This document shows positions 1-8,693 of a stretch of 52,667 nt of DNA, in pieces. Made by a program: the position numbers and the translations under genes. The stretch comes from Candidatus Eiseniibacteriota bacterium. Its GTDB lineage: Bacteria; Eisenbacteria; RBG-16-71-46. Every line of letters starts with the position of its first letter. Position 1 is the first letter of the stretch. The stretch is from assembly GCA_044222065.1 (NCBI GenBank), contig JBGAOA010000031.1, positions 1 through 52,667 on the forward strand, written 5' to 3'. The notes under the pieces were generated by a model. That model was not told the origin of the DNA. It saw only the letters and a program-made list of their open reading frames with translations, and did not search any database.

Positions 1-1
1 G

Positions 2-634
2 GCGCAGGCGCGCCACGCGGCCGAAGACCTCGAGCGCTACCGCGCGCTCGCGCCGCGCGGCGTCGTGAGCCGCCAGCAGCTCGACGCGGCCGTGAACGCG
101 TCGGCCGTCGCCGACGCCGCGCTCGATGCGGCGCGCCGTCAGGTCGCGGCCGCCGAAGCGGCGGTGAGCGGTGCGGGGGCGAAGCTCGCGGCGGCGCGCG
201 CGAAGCGCGAGCAGGCGGCGCTCAACGAGTCGTGGACGACGGTCGTTGCGCCCGCGGGGGGCGTCGTGAGCCGCAAGAGCGTCGAACCCGGCCAGCTCGT
301 CCAGCCCGGCCAGCCGCTGCTCGCCGTCGTCCCGCTCGACGACGTGTGGGTGATCGCGAACCTCAAGGAGACCGAGCTCGCGGACGTCGGGCCGGGCGAC
401 CGCGCGACGATCGAGGTGGACGCCTATCCCGGCCGCAAGTTCGCGGCGAAGGTCGAGAGCGTGAGCCCGGCGACGGGCGCGCGCTTCTCGCTCCTGCCGC
501 CGGACAACGCGACGGGCAACTTCACGAAGGTCGTGCAGCGCGTGCCCGTCAAGATCCGGCTCGACGGTCCGGCCGATCCGCAGCACCCGTTGCGGCCCGG
601 CATGAGCGTCGTCGCGACCATCACGACGCGCTGA
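2..634 (+). CDS. emrA: HlyD/EmrA-family efflux membrane fusion protein (5'-truncated by the window edge)
   Basis: Frame open from nt 2; C-terminal FSLLPPDNATGNFTKVVQRVPVKI and LRPGMS are EmrA signatures; followed by a DHA2 MFS gene. Confidence 0.92.
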   Translation, partial: AQARHAAEDLERYRALAPRGVVSRQQLDAAVNASAVADAALDAARRQVAAAEAAVSGAGAKLAAARAKREQAALNESWTTVVAPAGGVVSRKSVEPGQLVQPGQPLLAVVPLDDVWVIANLKETELADVGPGDRATIEVDAYPGRKFAAKVESVSPATGARFSLLPPDNATGNFTKVVQRVPVKIRLDGPADPQHPLRPGMSVVATITTR

Positions 635-638
635 TCCC

Positions 639-2225
639 GTGACGGCCACCACCTTCGGCGGCGTCGCGGACCTGCGAACGACGTTCGAGTACCGCCACCG
701 CTTCGTCATCGCGTTCACCGTCGTCATGGCGAGCGTGATGGAGCTGATCGACACGAGCATCGTGAACGTCGCGATCCCGCACATGATGGGGACGCTCGGC
801 GCGACGCTCGACCAGATCGCGTGGGTCTCGACCGGCTACATCGTCGCGAACGTGATCGTGCTTCCGATCACGGGCTGGCTGTCGGCGTACTTCGGCCGGC
901 GCCGCTACTTCGCGGGCTCGATCGCGCTGTTCACGATCGCATCGTTCTTCTGCGGGAACTCGCACACGCTCGGCGAGCTCGTGTTCTGGCGCATCGTGCA
1001 GGGGCTCGGCGGCGGCGCGCTGCTCTCGACCTCGCAGGCCGTGCTGTTCGAGGTGTTCCCGCGCGAGGAGTACGGCATCGCGACCGCGATGTTCGGCATC
1101 GGCGTCATGGTCGGGCCGACGATCGGCCCGACGCTCGGCGGCTGGATCACCGACACCTGGTCGTGGCCGTGGGTGTTCTACATCAACCTGCCGTTCGGCG
1201 CGCTCGCGCTGCTGCTGTCGCTCACCTACGTGCGCGATTCGCGCTTCCAGCGGCGGATCGAGCGCGTGGACTGGATCGGACTCGGCCTGCTCGCGGCCGG
1301 CATCGGCACGCTGCAGGTCATGCTCGAGCGCGGCGAACGCCAGGACTGGTTCGCCTCGCGCGAGATCGTGCTCTACGCCGCGACGAGCGCCGTGTCGCTG
1401 ATCGCGTTCGTGTGGCACGAGCTGACGACCGAGCACCCGGTCGTGGACCTGCGCATTCTCGCGAGCCGTCAGCTCGCGAGCGGCGTGACGATCGGCTTCG
1501 TGCTCGGACTGTGCCTGTACGCGACGGTGTTCGTGCTGCCCGTCTACCTGCAGACGCTGCTCGGCTTCACGGCCAACCAGACCGGGCTCGTCATCCTGCC
1601 CGGCGCGCTCGCGACCGCGTTCACGATGGCGTTCGTCGGGCGCACGGCCGGGCGGCTCGATCCGCGGCGGCTCATCGCGGTCGGCGTGCTCATCTTCACG
1701 TTCTCGATGTGGCAGTGGTCGCACTTCACGACGCAGAGCGGGCACGACGACTTCTTCTGGCCGCTGATCGTGCGCGGCGTCGGACTCGGGCTCGTGTTCG
1801 TGCCGGTGACGAACCTCTCGGTCGGCGAGCTGCCGATGACGAAGATCGCGGCCGGCACCGCGCTGTTCAACCTCATGCGCCAGCTCGGCGGCAGCGTCGG
1901 CATCGCGCTCTCGGCCACGCTCGTCGCGCGCTTCGGCGCCGAGAACCGCGCCGTGCTCGGCCAGCACCTCTCGCGCTTCGAGCCCGCGACCCAGGAACGC
2001 CTGGACGCGCTCGCTCGCGCGCTCGTCCAGCGCGGCCAGTCGCCGTCCTCGGTCGAGACGCAGGCGCTCGGCATCCTGAGCGGCCAGCTCGCGCGCCAGT
2101 CGCTCATGGTCGCCTTCGAGCGCATCTTCATCCTGTTCGGCGCCGTGTTCCTGCTCGTGCTCCCGCTCGTCGCGCTGATGCACTGGAAGCGCGGCATGCG
2201 GTCCGGAGGCGGCGCGGCGCATTGA
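639..2225 (+). CDS. emrB: DHA2 (EmrB/QacA) MFS efflux permease
   Basis: MELIDTSIVNVAIP, WVSTGY, GPTIGPTLGGWITD, WPWVFYINLPFG, FNLMRQLGGSVG; many hydrophobic helices. Confidence 0.93.
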   Translation: MTATTFGGVADLRTTFEYRHRFVIAFTVVMASVMELIDTSIVNVAIPHMMGTLGATLDQIAWVSTGYIVANVIVLPITGWLSAYFGRRRYFAGSIALFTIASFFCGNSHTLGELVFWRIVQGLGGGALLSTSQAVLFEVFPREEYGIATAMFGIGVMVGPTIGPTLGGWITDTWSWPWVFYINLPFGALALLLSLTYVRDSRFQRRIERVDWIGLGLLAAGIGTLQVMLERGERQDWFASREIVLYAATSAVSLIAFVWHELTTEHPVVDLRILASRQLASGVTIGFVLGLCLYATVFVLPVYLQTLLGFTANQTGLVILPGALATAFTMAFVGRTAGRLDPRRLIAVGVLIFTFSMWQWSHFTTQSGHDDFFWPLIVRGVGLGLVFVPVTNLSVGELPMTKIAAGTALFNLMRQLGGSVGIALSATLVARFGAENRAVLGQHLSRFEPATQERLDALARALVQRGQSPSSVETQALGILSGQLARQSLMVAFERIFILFGAVFLLVLPLVALMHWKRGMRSGGGAAH

Positions 2226-2257
2226 AGCGCCGCCGCGCGCGGCGTTAGCGTGCCGGC

Positions 2258-3472
2258 ATGAGCGCCGAAGCCGCCGCGGTCGTGGTCGCCGGCGCGGGCC
2301 TCGTCGGGCTCGCGACGGCGCGCGCGTTCCAGCGCGCCGGGCTCCGCGAGGTCGTCGTGCTCGAGGCCGAGGCCACCGTCGCCGCGCATCAGTCGGGCCG
2401 CAACAGCGGGGTCGTGCACTCGGGGCTCTACTACCGGCCCGGATCGCTCAAGGCGCGGCTGTGCGTCGCGGGACGGCTCGCGCTCGAGCGCTACTGCGCC
2501 GAGAAGGGCGTCGCGCACGAACGCTGCGGCAAGCTCGTGGTCGCGACGCGCGCGGAGGAGCTGCCGCGCCTCGATGCGCTCGCCGAGCGCGGCCGCGCGA
2601 ACGGCCTCGCCGGCGTGCGGCGCGTGGGCCCCGAGGCGCTGCGCGAGATCGAACCGCACGCGGCCGGGCTCGCGGGGCTCGTCGTGCCCGAGACCGGCAT
2701 CGTGGACTTCGTCGGCGTAGCGCACGCGCTCGCGGAGGACCTCGCCACGGACGGCGGACGCGTCGCGATCGGCACGCGCGTCCTCGCGGCTCGCGAGTCG
2801 GGGGGCGAGGTCGTCGTCGAGACGACGCGCGGCGCCCATCGCGCGCAGCGCTTCGTCGGCTGCGCCGGACTCCACGCCGACCGGCTCGCGCGCGCCTCGG
2901 GCGTCGAGCCCGGCGTGCGCATCGTCCCGTTCCGCGGCGAGTACCACGTGCTCGCGGAATCCCGACGTTCGCTCGTTCGACACCTCGTCTATCCGGTGCC
3001 GGATCCGCGGCTGCCGTTCCTCGGCGTCCACTTCACGCGTCGTGTGAGCGGCGAGATCGAGGCCGGCCCGAACGCCGTGCTCGCGCTCGCGCGCGAAGGT
3101 TACGGCTGGGGCGTCGTGTCGGCGCGCGATGTCACCGAGACGCTCGCGTGGCCCGGATTCTGGCGACTCGCGCGCCGCCACGCGCGCCACGCGGCGGGCG
3201 AGGTGCGCCGCTCGCTCGACCGCCGCGCGTTCGCCGCGGCGCTGCGGCGGCTCGTGCCGGAGCTTCGCGACGGCGACCTGCGCCCCGCGCGCGCCGGCGT
3301 GCGCGCCCAGGCGCTCGGCCGCGACGGCGCGCTCGTGGACGACTTCCAGCTCGTCGAGACGGCGCGGCAACTCCACGTGCTCAACGCGCCGTCGCCCGCC
3401 GCGACCGCCTCGCTCGCGATCGGCGAGTGGGTCGCGTCGCGCGCGCTCGGCCGCGATCTGACATCGCGCTGA
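2258..3472 (+). CDS. lhgO: L-2-hydroxyglutarate oxidase (FAD-dependent)
   Basis: GAGLVG Rossmann motif, HQSGRNSGVVHSGLYYRPGSLKARLC, YPVPDPRLPFLGVHFT, GVRAQA, HVLNAPSPAATASLAIG. Confidence 0.9.
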   Translation: MSAEAAAVVVAGAGLVGLATARAFQRAGLREVVVLEAEATVAAHQSGRNSGVVHSGLYYRPGSLKARLCVAGRLALERYCAEKGVAHERCGKLVVATRAEELPRLDALAERGRANGLAGVRRVGPEALREIEPHAAGLAGLVVPETGIVDFVGVAHALAEDLATDGGRVAIGTRVLAARESGGEVVVETTRGAHRAQRFVGCAGLHADRLARASGVEPGVRIVPFRGEYHVLAESRRSLVRHLVYPVPDPRLPFLGVHFTRRVSGEIEAGPNAVLALAREGYGWGVVSARDVTETLAWPGFWRLARRHARHAAGEVRRSLDRRAFAAALRRLVPELRDGDLRPARAGVRAQALGRDGALVDDFQLVETARQLHVLNAPSPAATASLAIGEWVASRALGRDLTSR

Positions 3473-3680
3473 CTTTCGCGCGCGACGAGCGCCGGAAATC
3501 GCGGCGCGCGCGCTCGCCCCGCGCGAAATTCCCACTGGACACGATGCGACCTCGTGCCGAAACTGCGGTCAGACCACTCGCGCGGCCACATCCGCGCGCG
3601 ATCCGGGCGGCTCGGGCGGCCGAATGGATCGGGAGGGTTGGGTCCCTCCGCGTCGCAGGCCCCGAAAAGGAGGTGATCCA

Positions 3681-3725
3681 TTGGACAGTAGTCGCCGTAG
3701 TTCGGTGGAGGTGGCGTCCTCGTAG
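3681..3725 (+). CDS. Putative 14-aa small peptide MDSSRRSSVEVASS (TTG start)
   Basis: AAAGGAGGTGATCCA immediately upstream, GGAGG 7 nt before TTG, TAG stop at 3723-3725. Confidence 0.45.
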   Translation: MDSSRRSSVEVASS

Positions 3726-3800
3726 GGGACCTCCGGACGCAGTGACGCCGAGGCGACCCCAGGACGGGGCAACCCAGCGCCATCAAGACCGAAAGTCTCG

Positions 3801-3835
3801 GGACTCCGGCTCGATTCGAGCCGGAGTCTTTTTTT
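3801..3835 (+). terminator. Rho-independent terminator
   Basis: GACTCCGGCTCGA-T-TCGAGCCGGAGTC inverted repeat followed by T7. Confidence 0.85.
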
Positions 3836-3848
3836 CACCCCGGAAGCG

Positions 3849-3880
3849 GACGGCCGCCCCGGGGGAGCGGGGCGGCCGTC
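3849..3880. terminator. GC-rich hairpin, likely terminator of the minus-strand gene ending at 3895
   Basis: 13-bp perfect stem gacggccgccccg/cggggcggccgtc. Confidence 0.55.
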
Positions 3881-3894
3881 GAGCGGGGCGCGCG

Positions 3895-6330
3895 TTACTC
3901 GATCGCGGCGAGCCTCGCCGAGCGCGAACCGAACGCGCTCTCGAGCCGCAGGAAGTAGAGCCCCGCGGCGAGCGTGCGGCCGGCGTCGTCGCGCCCGTCG
4001 AAGCGCAGCGCGTGCTCGCCCGGGCCGAAGCCCGCGTCCGCGATCCGCCGCACGCGCCGGCCCGCGGCATCGAACACGCCGAGCGTCACGCGCGACGCGG
4101 CCGGGAGGCCGAAGCGCACGAGCGCGCCCGAGCCGCGCAGCGGGTTCGGAGACGGCGGCGCGAGGAACAGCGGCACCGCGACGCCGTCGTCCACGGCGAG
4201 CACGCCGTCCGGGATGAGCGTCGTCGCCGGCGACTCGTTGCCGTGCGTGTCCACGGCGGTGAGCTTGTAGACGAACGGCGCGCCGGCGGGATCGCTGAAG
4301 GTGAGGACGTTCGGCTCGGCGATGCGGTTCGCGAGCGAGGGCGTGAAACCGAGCCCGTGGCCGCGATAGAGCCGGTAGTTCGCGAGATCGCTCTCGAGGT
4401 TCGCGCCCCACTGGAGCAGCGACGAGCCCGAGGCGTAGAGGCCCGTGAACGGCGCGGGCGCTGCGGGCGCGAGATCGTCGACCGAGTAGCCCGAGTCCGG
4501 CGGCGACTCCCAGTGCCACCCGTAGTAACTGAAGGCCTGCACCATGTAGCTCGTGAGCGGATTGCTGCCCGCGATCGAGTCGCCGGTCGTCGCGGCGAGG
4601 AAGCTGTAGCTCGGCAGGTGGTAGGCGTTCTGCGAGCCGACGAACTCCCAGTAGCTCGTGTTCGTACCGTTCGGCACGGCGAGCAGCAGGGGCTGGCGGC
4701 GCATCGCCGCGGCCGCCGCGTCCTCGCCGCGCGTGGTGACCGCGCCCGCACGCAGCGCGTTCGCGACCAGCGAAGCCGGCGCCGAGCGGAACACGTAATA
4801 CCCGCCGATGTTCTCGAACGCCGGGTCGGTGTCGAGCGGGCTCGCGTCCCAGGACACTTTGACGCGGCCGCCTTGATCGTTCGGTACGTCGGCGACGTCC
4901 GTGACCCACGGTTCGGCGCCGAGGAAGCCCCAGCGGTCCACGTGCTGGACGCCGGCGTGATTCGCCGACACCGGCGTCAGGAAATCCTCGAACACGAAGT
5001 ACGCGCCACCCTGCGTGTCGGGCACGAGCAGGAACGCGTGCGGGGCCGACGTGCCGCTCGCGAGCAGCGTGCCGCCATTACCCCACTGGCGCACGCCGGA
5101 GTCGCTGAGGCGCTGCGCCGAATAGTACGGGGTGCCCGACGCGCGGTAGTCCTCGAACGCGACGATCGTTCCGCCGAAGCCGTCGGCGACGACTGCCGGC
5201 AGGGCCTGCTGCTGGAGCCCGGACGCGACCGGGACGCCGTCCGTGGCCCACTGCGCGAGGCCATAGAACGGATCGAGCCGTTGTGCGTAGACGTCGGAGA
5301 GTCCGCCGCCGGGCCGCGAGTCCGTCCACGCGATCACGACGCCGCCCGCGAGGTCGTTCACGATGCGCGGCGAGGTTTGTGAGCTGCCGTCCGTGCAAAC
5401 GGGCAGACCGTCGGAAGCCCAGTATCCGATTCCGCCCTGGACGCGGCGCGCGTAGATGTCGAAGCCCGAACGCGTGTCCGTCCACGCGACGACGCTGCCG
5501 TTCGAATTGTCGGCGCAGATCGTGGGGGCGAACTGACTCCCGACCGCGGTGCTCAGGGCCACACCGTTCGTGCCCCACGAGGCGAACCCGCCCCAGCTGA
5601 TGCAGTTCGCGTAGATGTCGCCGGCGTCCGTGCGGGCGTCGCGCCACGCGACGATGCCGCCCTCGCTCGGCGACACCGCGATCGCCGGCTGCGTCTGCTG
5701 GCCCGTGGCCGAGACGAGCGAGATCCCGTTCGCCGGCGTCAGCGCGACGCCGTTCGCGTACAGCAGCGCGCCGTACACGTCCCAGTCGGCCGCATTGCGC
5801 TTGTCGGTCCACGCGAGCAGCAGGTTCGAGAACAGGTCCGTCGCGGCCGTGAGTTCGACCTGGTCGCCCGCGGCGCCGCACACGAGCACCCCGTTGGACG
5901 TCCACGTCGTCACGCCGTTCGCATTCACGCTCTGGGCGTAGATGTCGCTGTTGCCCGACCGGTAGTCCTCCCACGCGATCAGCGCGCCGCCGCGCACGTC
6001 GGGCAGCACGACGATCCGGCCCGGGTTCCCGGTCGCGGTGCAGATCGCGACTCCCGTCGAACCCCAGAGCTTGTTGCCGAAGTGGTCGAAGCGCTGGGCG
6101 CGGATGTCCTGATCGGAAACGCCCGCCGTCGTGTACGCGACGATGAGTCCGCCCGAGCCGTCGCGGACCGCTTCGGCGCCGGAACCCGTGCCGACGTAGC
6201 TCGGAACGAATCCGGTCGAAGGATGGACTTCGAGGCTCACCGCGGGATCGTGGGACCAGCGCGCGGCGGCGGGAGACGAGACGAGGACCGCGGCCGCGAG
6301 GGCCGCACAGGCGATGCGAATCGTGCGCAC
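3895..6330 (-). CDS. Secreted repeat (probable beta-propeller) protein with FlgD-Ig/T9SS-tail-like C-terminal domain
   Basis: Signal peptide; about 8 repeats of DxxGGxxxAWxDxR...DIYAQR...W..GVxxC; C-terminal PNP...DAAGRRVR...FDGRDDAG...GLYFLRL; GGAGG upstream. Confidence 0.8.
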   Translation of the reverse strand: MRTIRIACAALAAAVLVSSPAAARWSHDPAVSLEVHPSTGFVPSYVGTGSGAEAVRDGSGGLIVAYTTAGVSDQDIRAQRFDHFGNKLWGSTGVAICTATGNPGRIVVLPDVRGGALIAWEDYRSGNSDIYAQSVNANGVTTWTSNGVLVCGAAGDQVELTAATDLFSNLLLAWTDKRNAADWDVYGALLYANGVALTPANGISLVSATGQQTQPAIAVSPSEGGIVAWRDARTDAGDIYANCISWGGFASWGTNGVALSTAVGSQFAPTICADNSNGSVVAWTDTRSGFDIYARRVQGGIGYWASDGLPVCTDGSSQTSPRIVNDLAGGVVIAWTDSRPGGGLSDVYAQRLDPFYGLAQWATDGVPVASGLQQQALPAVVADGFGGTIVAFEDYRASGTPYYSAQRLSDSGVRQWGNGGTLLASGTSAPHAFLLVPDTQGGAYFVFEDFLTPVSANHAGVQHVDRWGFLGAEPWVTDVADVPNDQGGRVKVSWDASPLDTDPAFENIGGYYVFRSAPASLVANALRAGAVTTRGEDAAAAAMRRQPLLLAVPNGTNTSYWEFVGSQNAYHLPSYSFLAATTGDSIAGSNPLTSYMVQAFSYYGWHWESPPDSGYSVDDLAPAAPAPFTGLYASGSSLLQWGANLESDLANYRLYRGHGLGFTPSLANRIAEPNVLTFSDPAGAPFVYKLTAVDTHGNESPATTLIPDGVLAVDDGVAVPLFLAPPSPNPLRGSGALVRFGLPAASRVTLGVFDAAGRRVRRIADAGFGPGEHALRFDGRDDAGRTLAAGLYFLRLESAFGSRSARLAAIE

Positions 6331-6464
6331 AGAGACCTCCGTGTCAGCGTCACGCGTCGTGCGTCGCCAGCGTCGGCACTCGAGGCGTCGCGGCGCACGA
6401 ACGGCGACAGGCTAGAGGCACGGCCGGCGCCCGCCAAGTGCGGAAGTGGAGCGCCGCCCCGGCG

Positions 6465-6941
6465 TCAGTCCGGGCGTACGGTCGTGCGGCGCAGCACGGC
6501 GGCGAGGTGCGCGCCGACGAACGTCAGCACGAGCATGCTCGTCACGTTGTGCAGCGCGGAGACGGACGGCGCGTAGTTCGTGAGTCCCGTGCCGTCGAGC
6601 CGCGCGTTCCACCACGCCGCGCCGAGCGCGAGGCCGCTCGCGAGCGCGAGCACGAGCGAACCCGCGGCGAGCAGGCCGAGCGCATAGTCCAGTCGCGAGC
6701 GGAACGGGGCGACGCGGCGCCAGTGACCGAGCTGATAGAGCGCGTAGACGAGCGCGAGCGCGAGGCCGCCGACGACGTGCAGCGCTTCGCCCGGCGTCGT
6801 GCCGGCGGCGAGGCGCGCGAAGAAGATCACGAGTCCGCCGGCCGACTCGAAGGCGAGCAGCGCCGCGAGCGCGACGAGCAGCGGTGCGCGCAGGCGCCGG
6901 GCGCGCGCCGCGGCGGCCGGCGGAGCCGCGGCGGGGCTCAC
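6465..6941 (-). CDS. Four-TM membrane protein with paired His residues (cytochrome b-like / DUF4405-like)
   Basis: GTG overlaps upstream TGA (GTGA); TM helices carrying ALH..GH and LHx13H. Confidence 0.55.
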   Translation of the reverse strand: MSPAAAPPAAAARARRLRAPLLVALAALLAFESAGGLVIFFARLAAGTTPGEALHVVGGLALALVYALYQLGHWRRVAPFRSRLDYALGLLAAGSLVLALASGLALGAAWWNARLDGTGLTNYAPSVSALHNVTSMLVLTFVGAHLAAVLRRTTVRPD

Positions 6942-7366
6942 ACGAGGTAGCGCAGCGCGAAGATCGCCTCGCCCGAGACGATGCTGATCGTCCACAGGAC
7001 GAGGAACGCCGCGGTGAGCTTCGGGTGCTCGCGGAAGAACCAGCGCCCCTGTCGCTGCTCCTGGTGCGCGAGCGCTCCGAGGATCACGAACACGACGTAG
7101 CCGACGAGCGACAGCAGCCCGTGCGCGGCGAAACCGATCTTCATGCCGACCGGCAGCGCCGCGGCGGCCGCGTGGCCCGCGGACGCCTCGGAGGCGCGGT
7201 TCGCCATGTAGAGCACGTTCACGAGCCCCTCGAACAGCGCGACCCCGAGGAACAGCGCGAACGGGAACGGCCGCCGCGTCCAGTTGCGTCGGATCACGAA
7301 CAGCACGCCGGCCGTCACGAACAGCTCGCTGACGGCGGAGAAGATCGAGAACGGAGGCGCGTTCAT
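6938..7366 (-). CDS. Four-TM membrane protein, DUF420-like
   Basis: Hydrophobic 142 aa starting MNAPPF; AAHGLLS and HPKL..LW motifs; TACAGT 7 nt upstream of the ATG. Confidence 0.6.
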   Translation of the reverse strand: MNAPPFSIFSAVSELFVTAGVLFVIRRNWTRRPFPFALFLGVALFEGLVNVLYMANRASEASAGHAAAAALPVGMKIGFAAHGLLSLVGYVVFVILGALAHQEQRQGRWFFREHPKLTAAFLVLWTISIVSGEAIFALRYLV

Positions 7367-7462
7367 GCGGCGCACTGTAGGGAGGCAACGCACCGGATGT
7401 CACGCGCGGGGTGACGGACATCGCGCTTGAGCCCGGTCCCCGAACGGCGCAGATTGCCGGTC

Positions 7463-8098
7463 GTGAAGAGCCTCACGCCATGGAAGATCCCGCTGCTGGT
7501 CGCGGCGGCGCTGCTGCTCGGCGTCGGGGAGTTCGTGCGCCCCGCATGGGAACTCGTCGTCGCCGGCGCCGAAGCGATCGGCGACGCGGTCGTCGCCCGA
7601 CTCGACGCGCGGCCGCCTCGCGAACTCGCCCCCCGACCCGAGGACCTCACGAAGTTCCCTCGCGCGTCCTTTCAACTCGTCGTCTCCACCGGCAGTGAGA
7701 CGCTGCTCGACACCTCCGCGGGCACGCGACTCTTCCAGCGGCCCTTCCGTGCGGACACGGTCCTGCCGTTCAACCTGAGCTCCGCGCAGATGGACACGCT
7801 GTACGAACTCGTGATTCGAAGCCGCTGGCTCGATTCGCTCGAGACTCGGACTTCGCCGCCGTCCGGAATCGCACCCCGGTTGATGCTCTGCCGGATTCGC
7901 TTCGGCGCCTCGCTCCGAAGCCTGGATGAAGCGCGCTACTTTCCCCCGGGACCTCGGTCTGATGAGCAGAAACGACGACTTCAGTTCTTCTCGATGATCC
8001 GCAGGATGCTGGCGGACCGGCTCGAGAGCGCGTGGAGCGCCACCCGCGCGCGCGAGGTCGGAGCCGCCCACGACCCCAACCCGAGGCCGAACTCATGA
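7463..8098 (+). CDS. Hypothetical protein with N-terminal hydrophobic segment
   Basis: Protein-like composition; stop overlaps the next ATG (ATGA); start uncertain. Confidence 0.5.
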   Translation: MKSLTPWKIPLLVAAALLLGVGEFVRPAWELVVAGAEAIGDAVVARLDARPPRELAPRPEDLTKFPRASFQLVVSTGSETLLDTSAGTRLFQRPFRADTVLPFNLSSAQMDTLYELVIRSRWLDSLETRTSPPSGIAPRLMLCRIRFGASLRSLDEARYFPPGPRSDEQKRRLQFFSMIRRMLADRLESAWSATRAREVGAAHDPNPRPNS

Positions 8099-8373
8099 GC
8101 GACACCCGAGCCAGCGACCGCTCACTTCCCGCCGCGGCATTGGACGCGCTTCAGCGCGGCAACGTGATCGAGGCGATCAAGATCGTGCGGCTCGATGGCC
8201 GTCTCGGACTCAAGGAGGCGAAGGACCTCGTGGACGCCTACCTGCGCGACCATCCCGAGGTGCGCGGCCCGATCGAAGAGCAGAGCCAGTCGGCGAGCCG
8301 CGCCTCGCTCTTCTGGATCCTCCTGATCGCGGGCGCCGGGGCCGCGGTCGTGCTGCTGCTGCGCGGACGCTGA
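8095..8373 (+). CDS. Ribosomal L7/L12 C-terminal-like domain protein with C-terminal TM anchor
   Basis: GNVIEAIKIVRLDGRLGLKEAKDLVDA resembles the L7/L12 KIxxIKxVRxxTGLGLKEAKDLVE motif; C-terminal FWILLIAGAGAAVVLLL. Confidence 0.75.
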   Translation: MSDTRASDRSLPAAALDALQRGNVIEAIKIVRLDGRLGLKEAKDLVDAYLRDHPEVRGPIEEQSQSASRASLFWILLIAGAGAAVVLLLRGR

Positions 8374-8392
8374 TCCCTCGACCGGAGGCTCC

Positions 8393-8686
8393 ATGAACTA
8401 CTTCGCATTGCTCTACGACGTCGTGCCCGATTACGTCGAACGCCGCGCCGCCTATCGCGCGGATCACCTCGCGCTCGCGCGCGAAGCCGCATCCCGCGGC
8501 GAACTCGTGCTCGGCGGCGCGTTCGCCGAGCCCGCCGACGGCGCGCTGCTCGTGTTCCGCGGCGCCGACCGCTCCGTGGCGGAATCGTTCGCCGCCGCCG
8601 ACCCCTACGTGCGGAACGGCGTCGTGACGCACTGGCGCGTGCGCCCGTGGACCGTCGTCGTCGGCGCCGCGGCCGTCATCGGCTGA
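8393..8686 (+). CDS. yciI: YciI-like protein
   Basis: RRAAYRADHL, LGGAF, GALLVF, FAAADPYVRNGVV, VRPW; GGAGG SD. Confidence 0.88.
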   Translation: MNYFALLYDVVPDYVERRAAYRADHLALAREAASRGELVLGGAFAEPADGALLVFRGADRSVAESFAAADPYVRNGVVTHWRVRPWTVVVGAAAVIG

Positions 8687-8693
8687 CGCTCGC

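Larger units (their letters stand above)
3623..3835 (+). ncRNA. Candidate structured small RNA / sORF transcript
   Basis: Intergenic; several hairpins (3623-3630 pairs with 3675-3682; 3632-3649; gggGCAAccc); 15-nt complement of the 16S 3' end at 3666-3680; ends in a strong terminator. The 5' end is a guess. Confidence 0.5.

Noticed and set aside
3666..3680. 16S rRNA 3' end on the minus strand (TGGATCACCTCCTTT)
   Set aside because: Flanking sequence does not continue into helix 45 (no GTAACAAGGTAGCCGTA/GAACCTGCGG), so it is not an rRNA gene or fragment
3652..3680. Resemblance to the raiA-motif RNA (GTCGCAGGC...GATCCA)
   Set aside because: The other conserved raiA segments I recall are absent; the match is too short
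8095..8373. rplL (ribosomal protein L7/L12)
   Set aside because: No N-terminal dimerisation domain, has a TM tail, and is not in the rplJ-rpoB context
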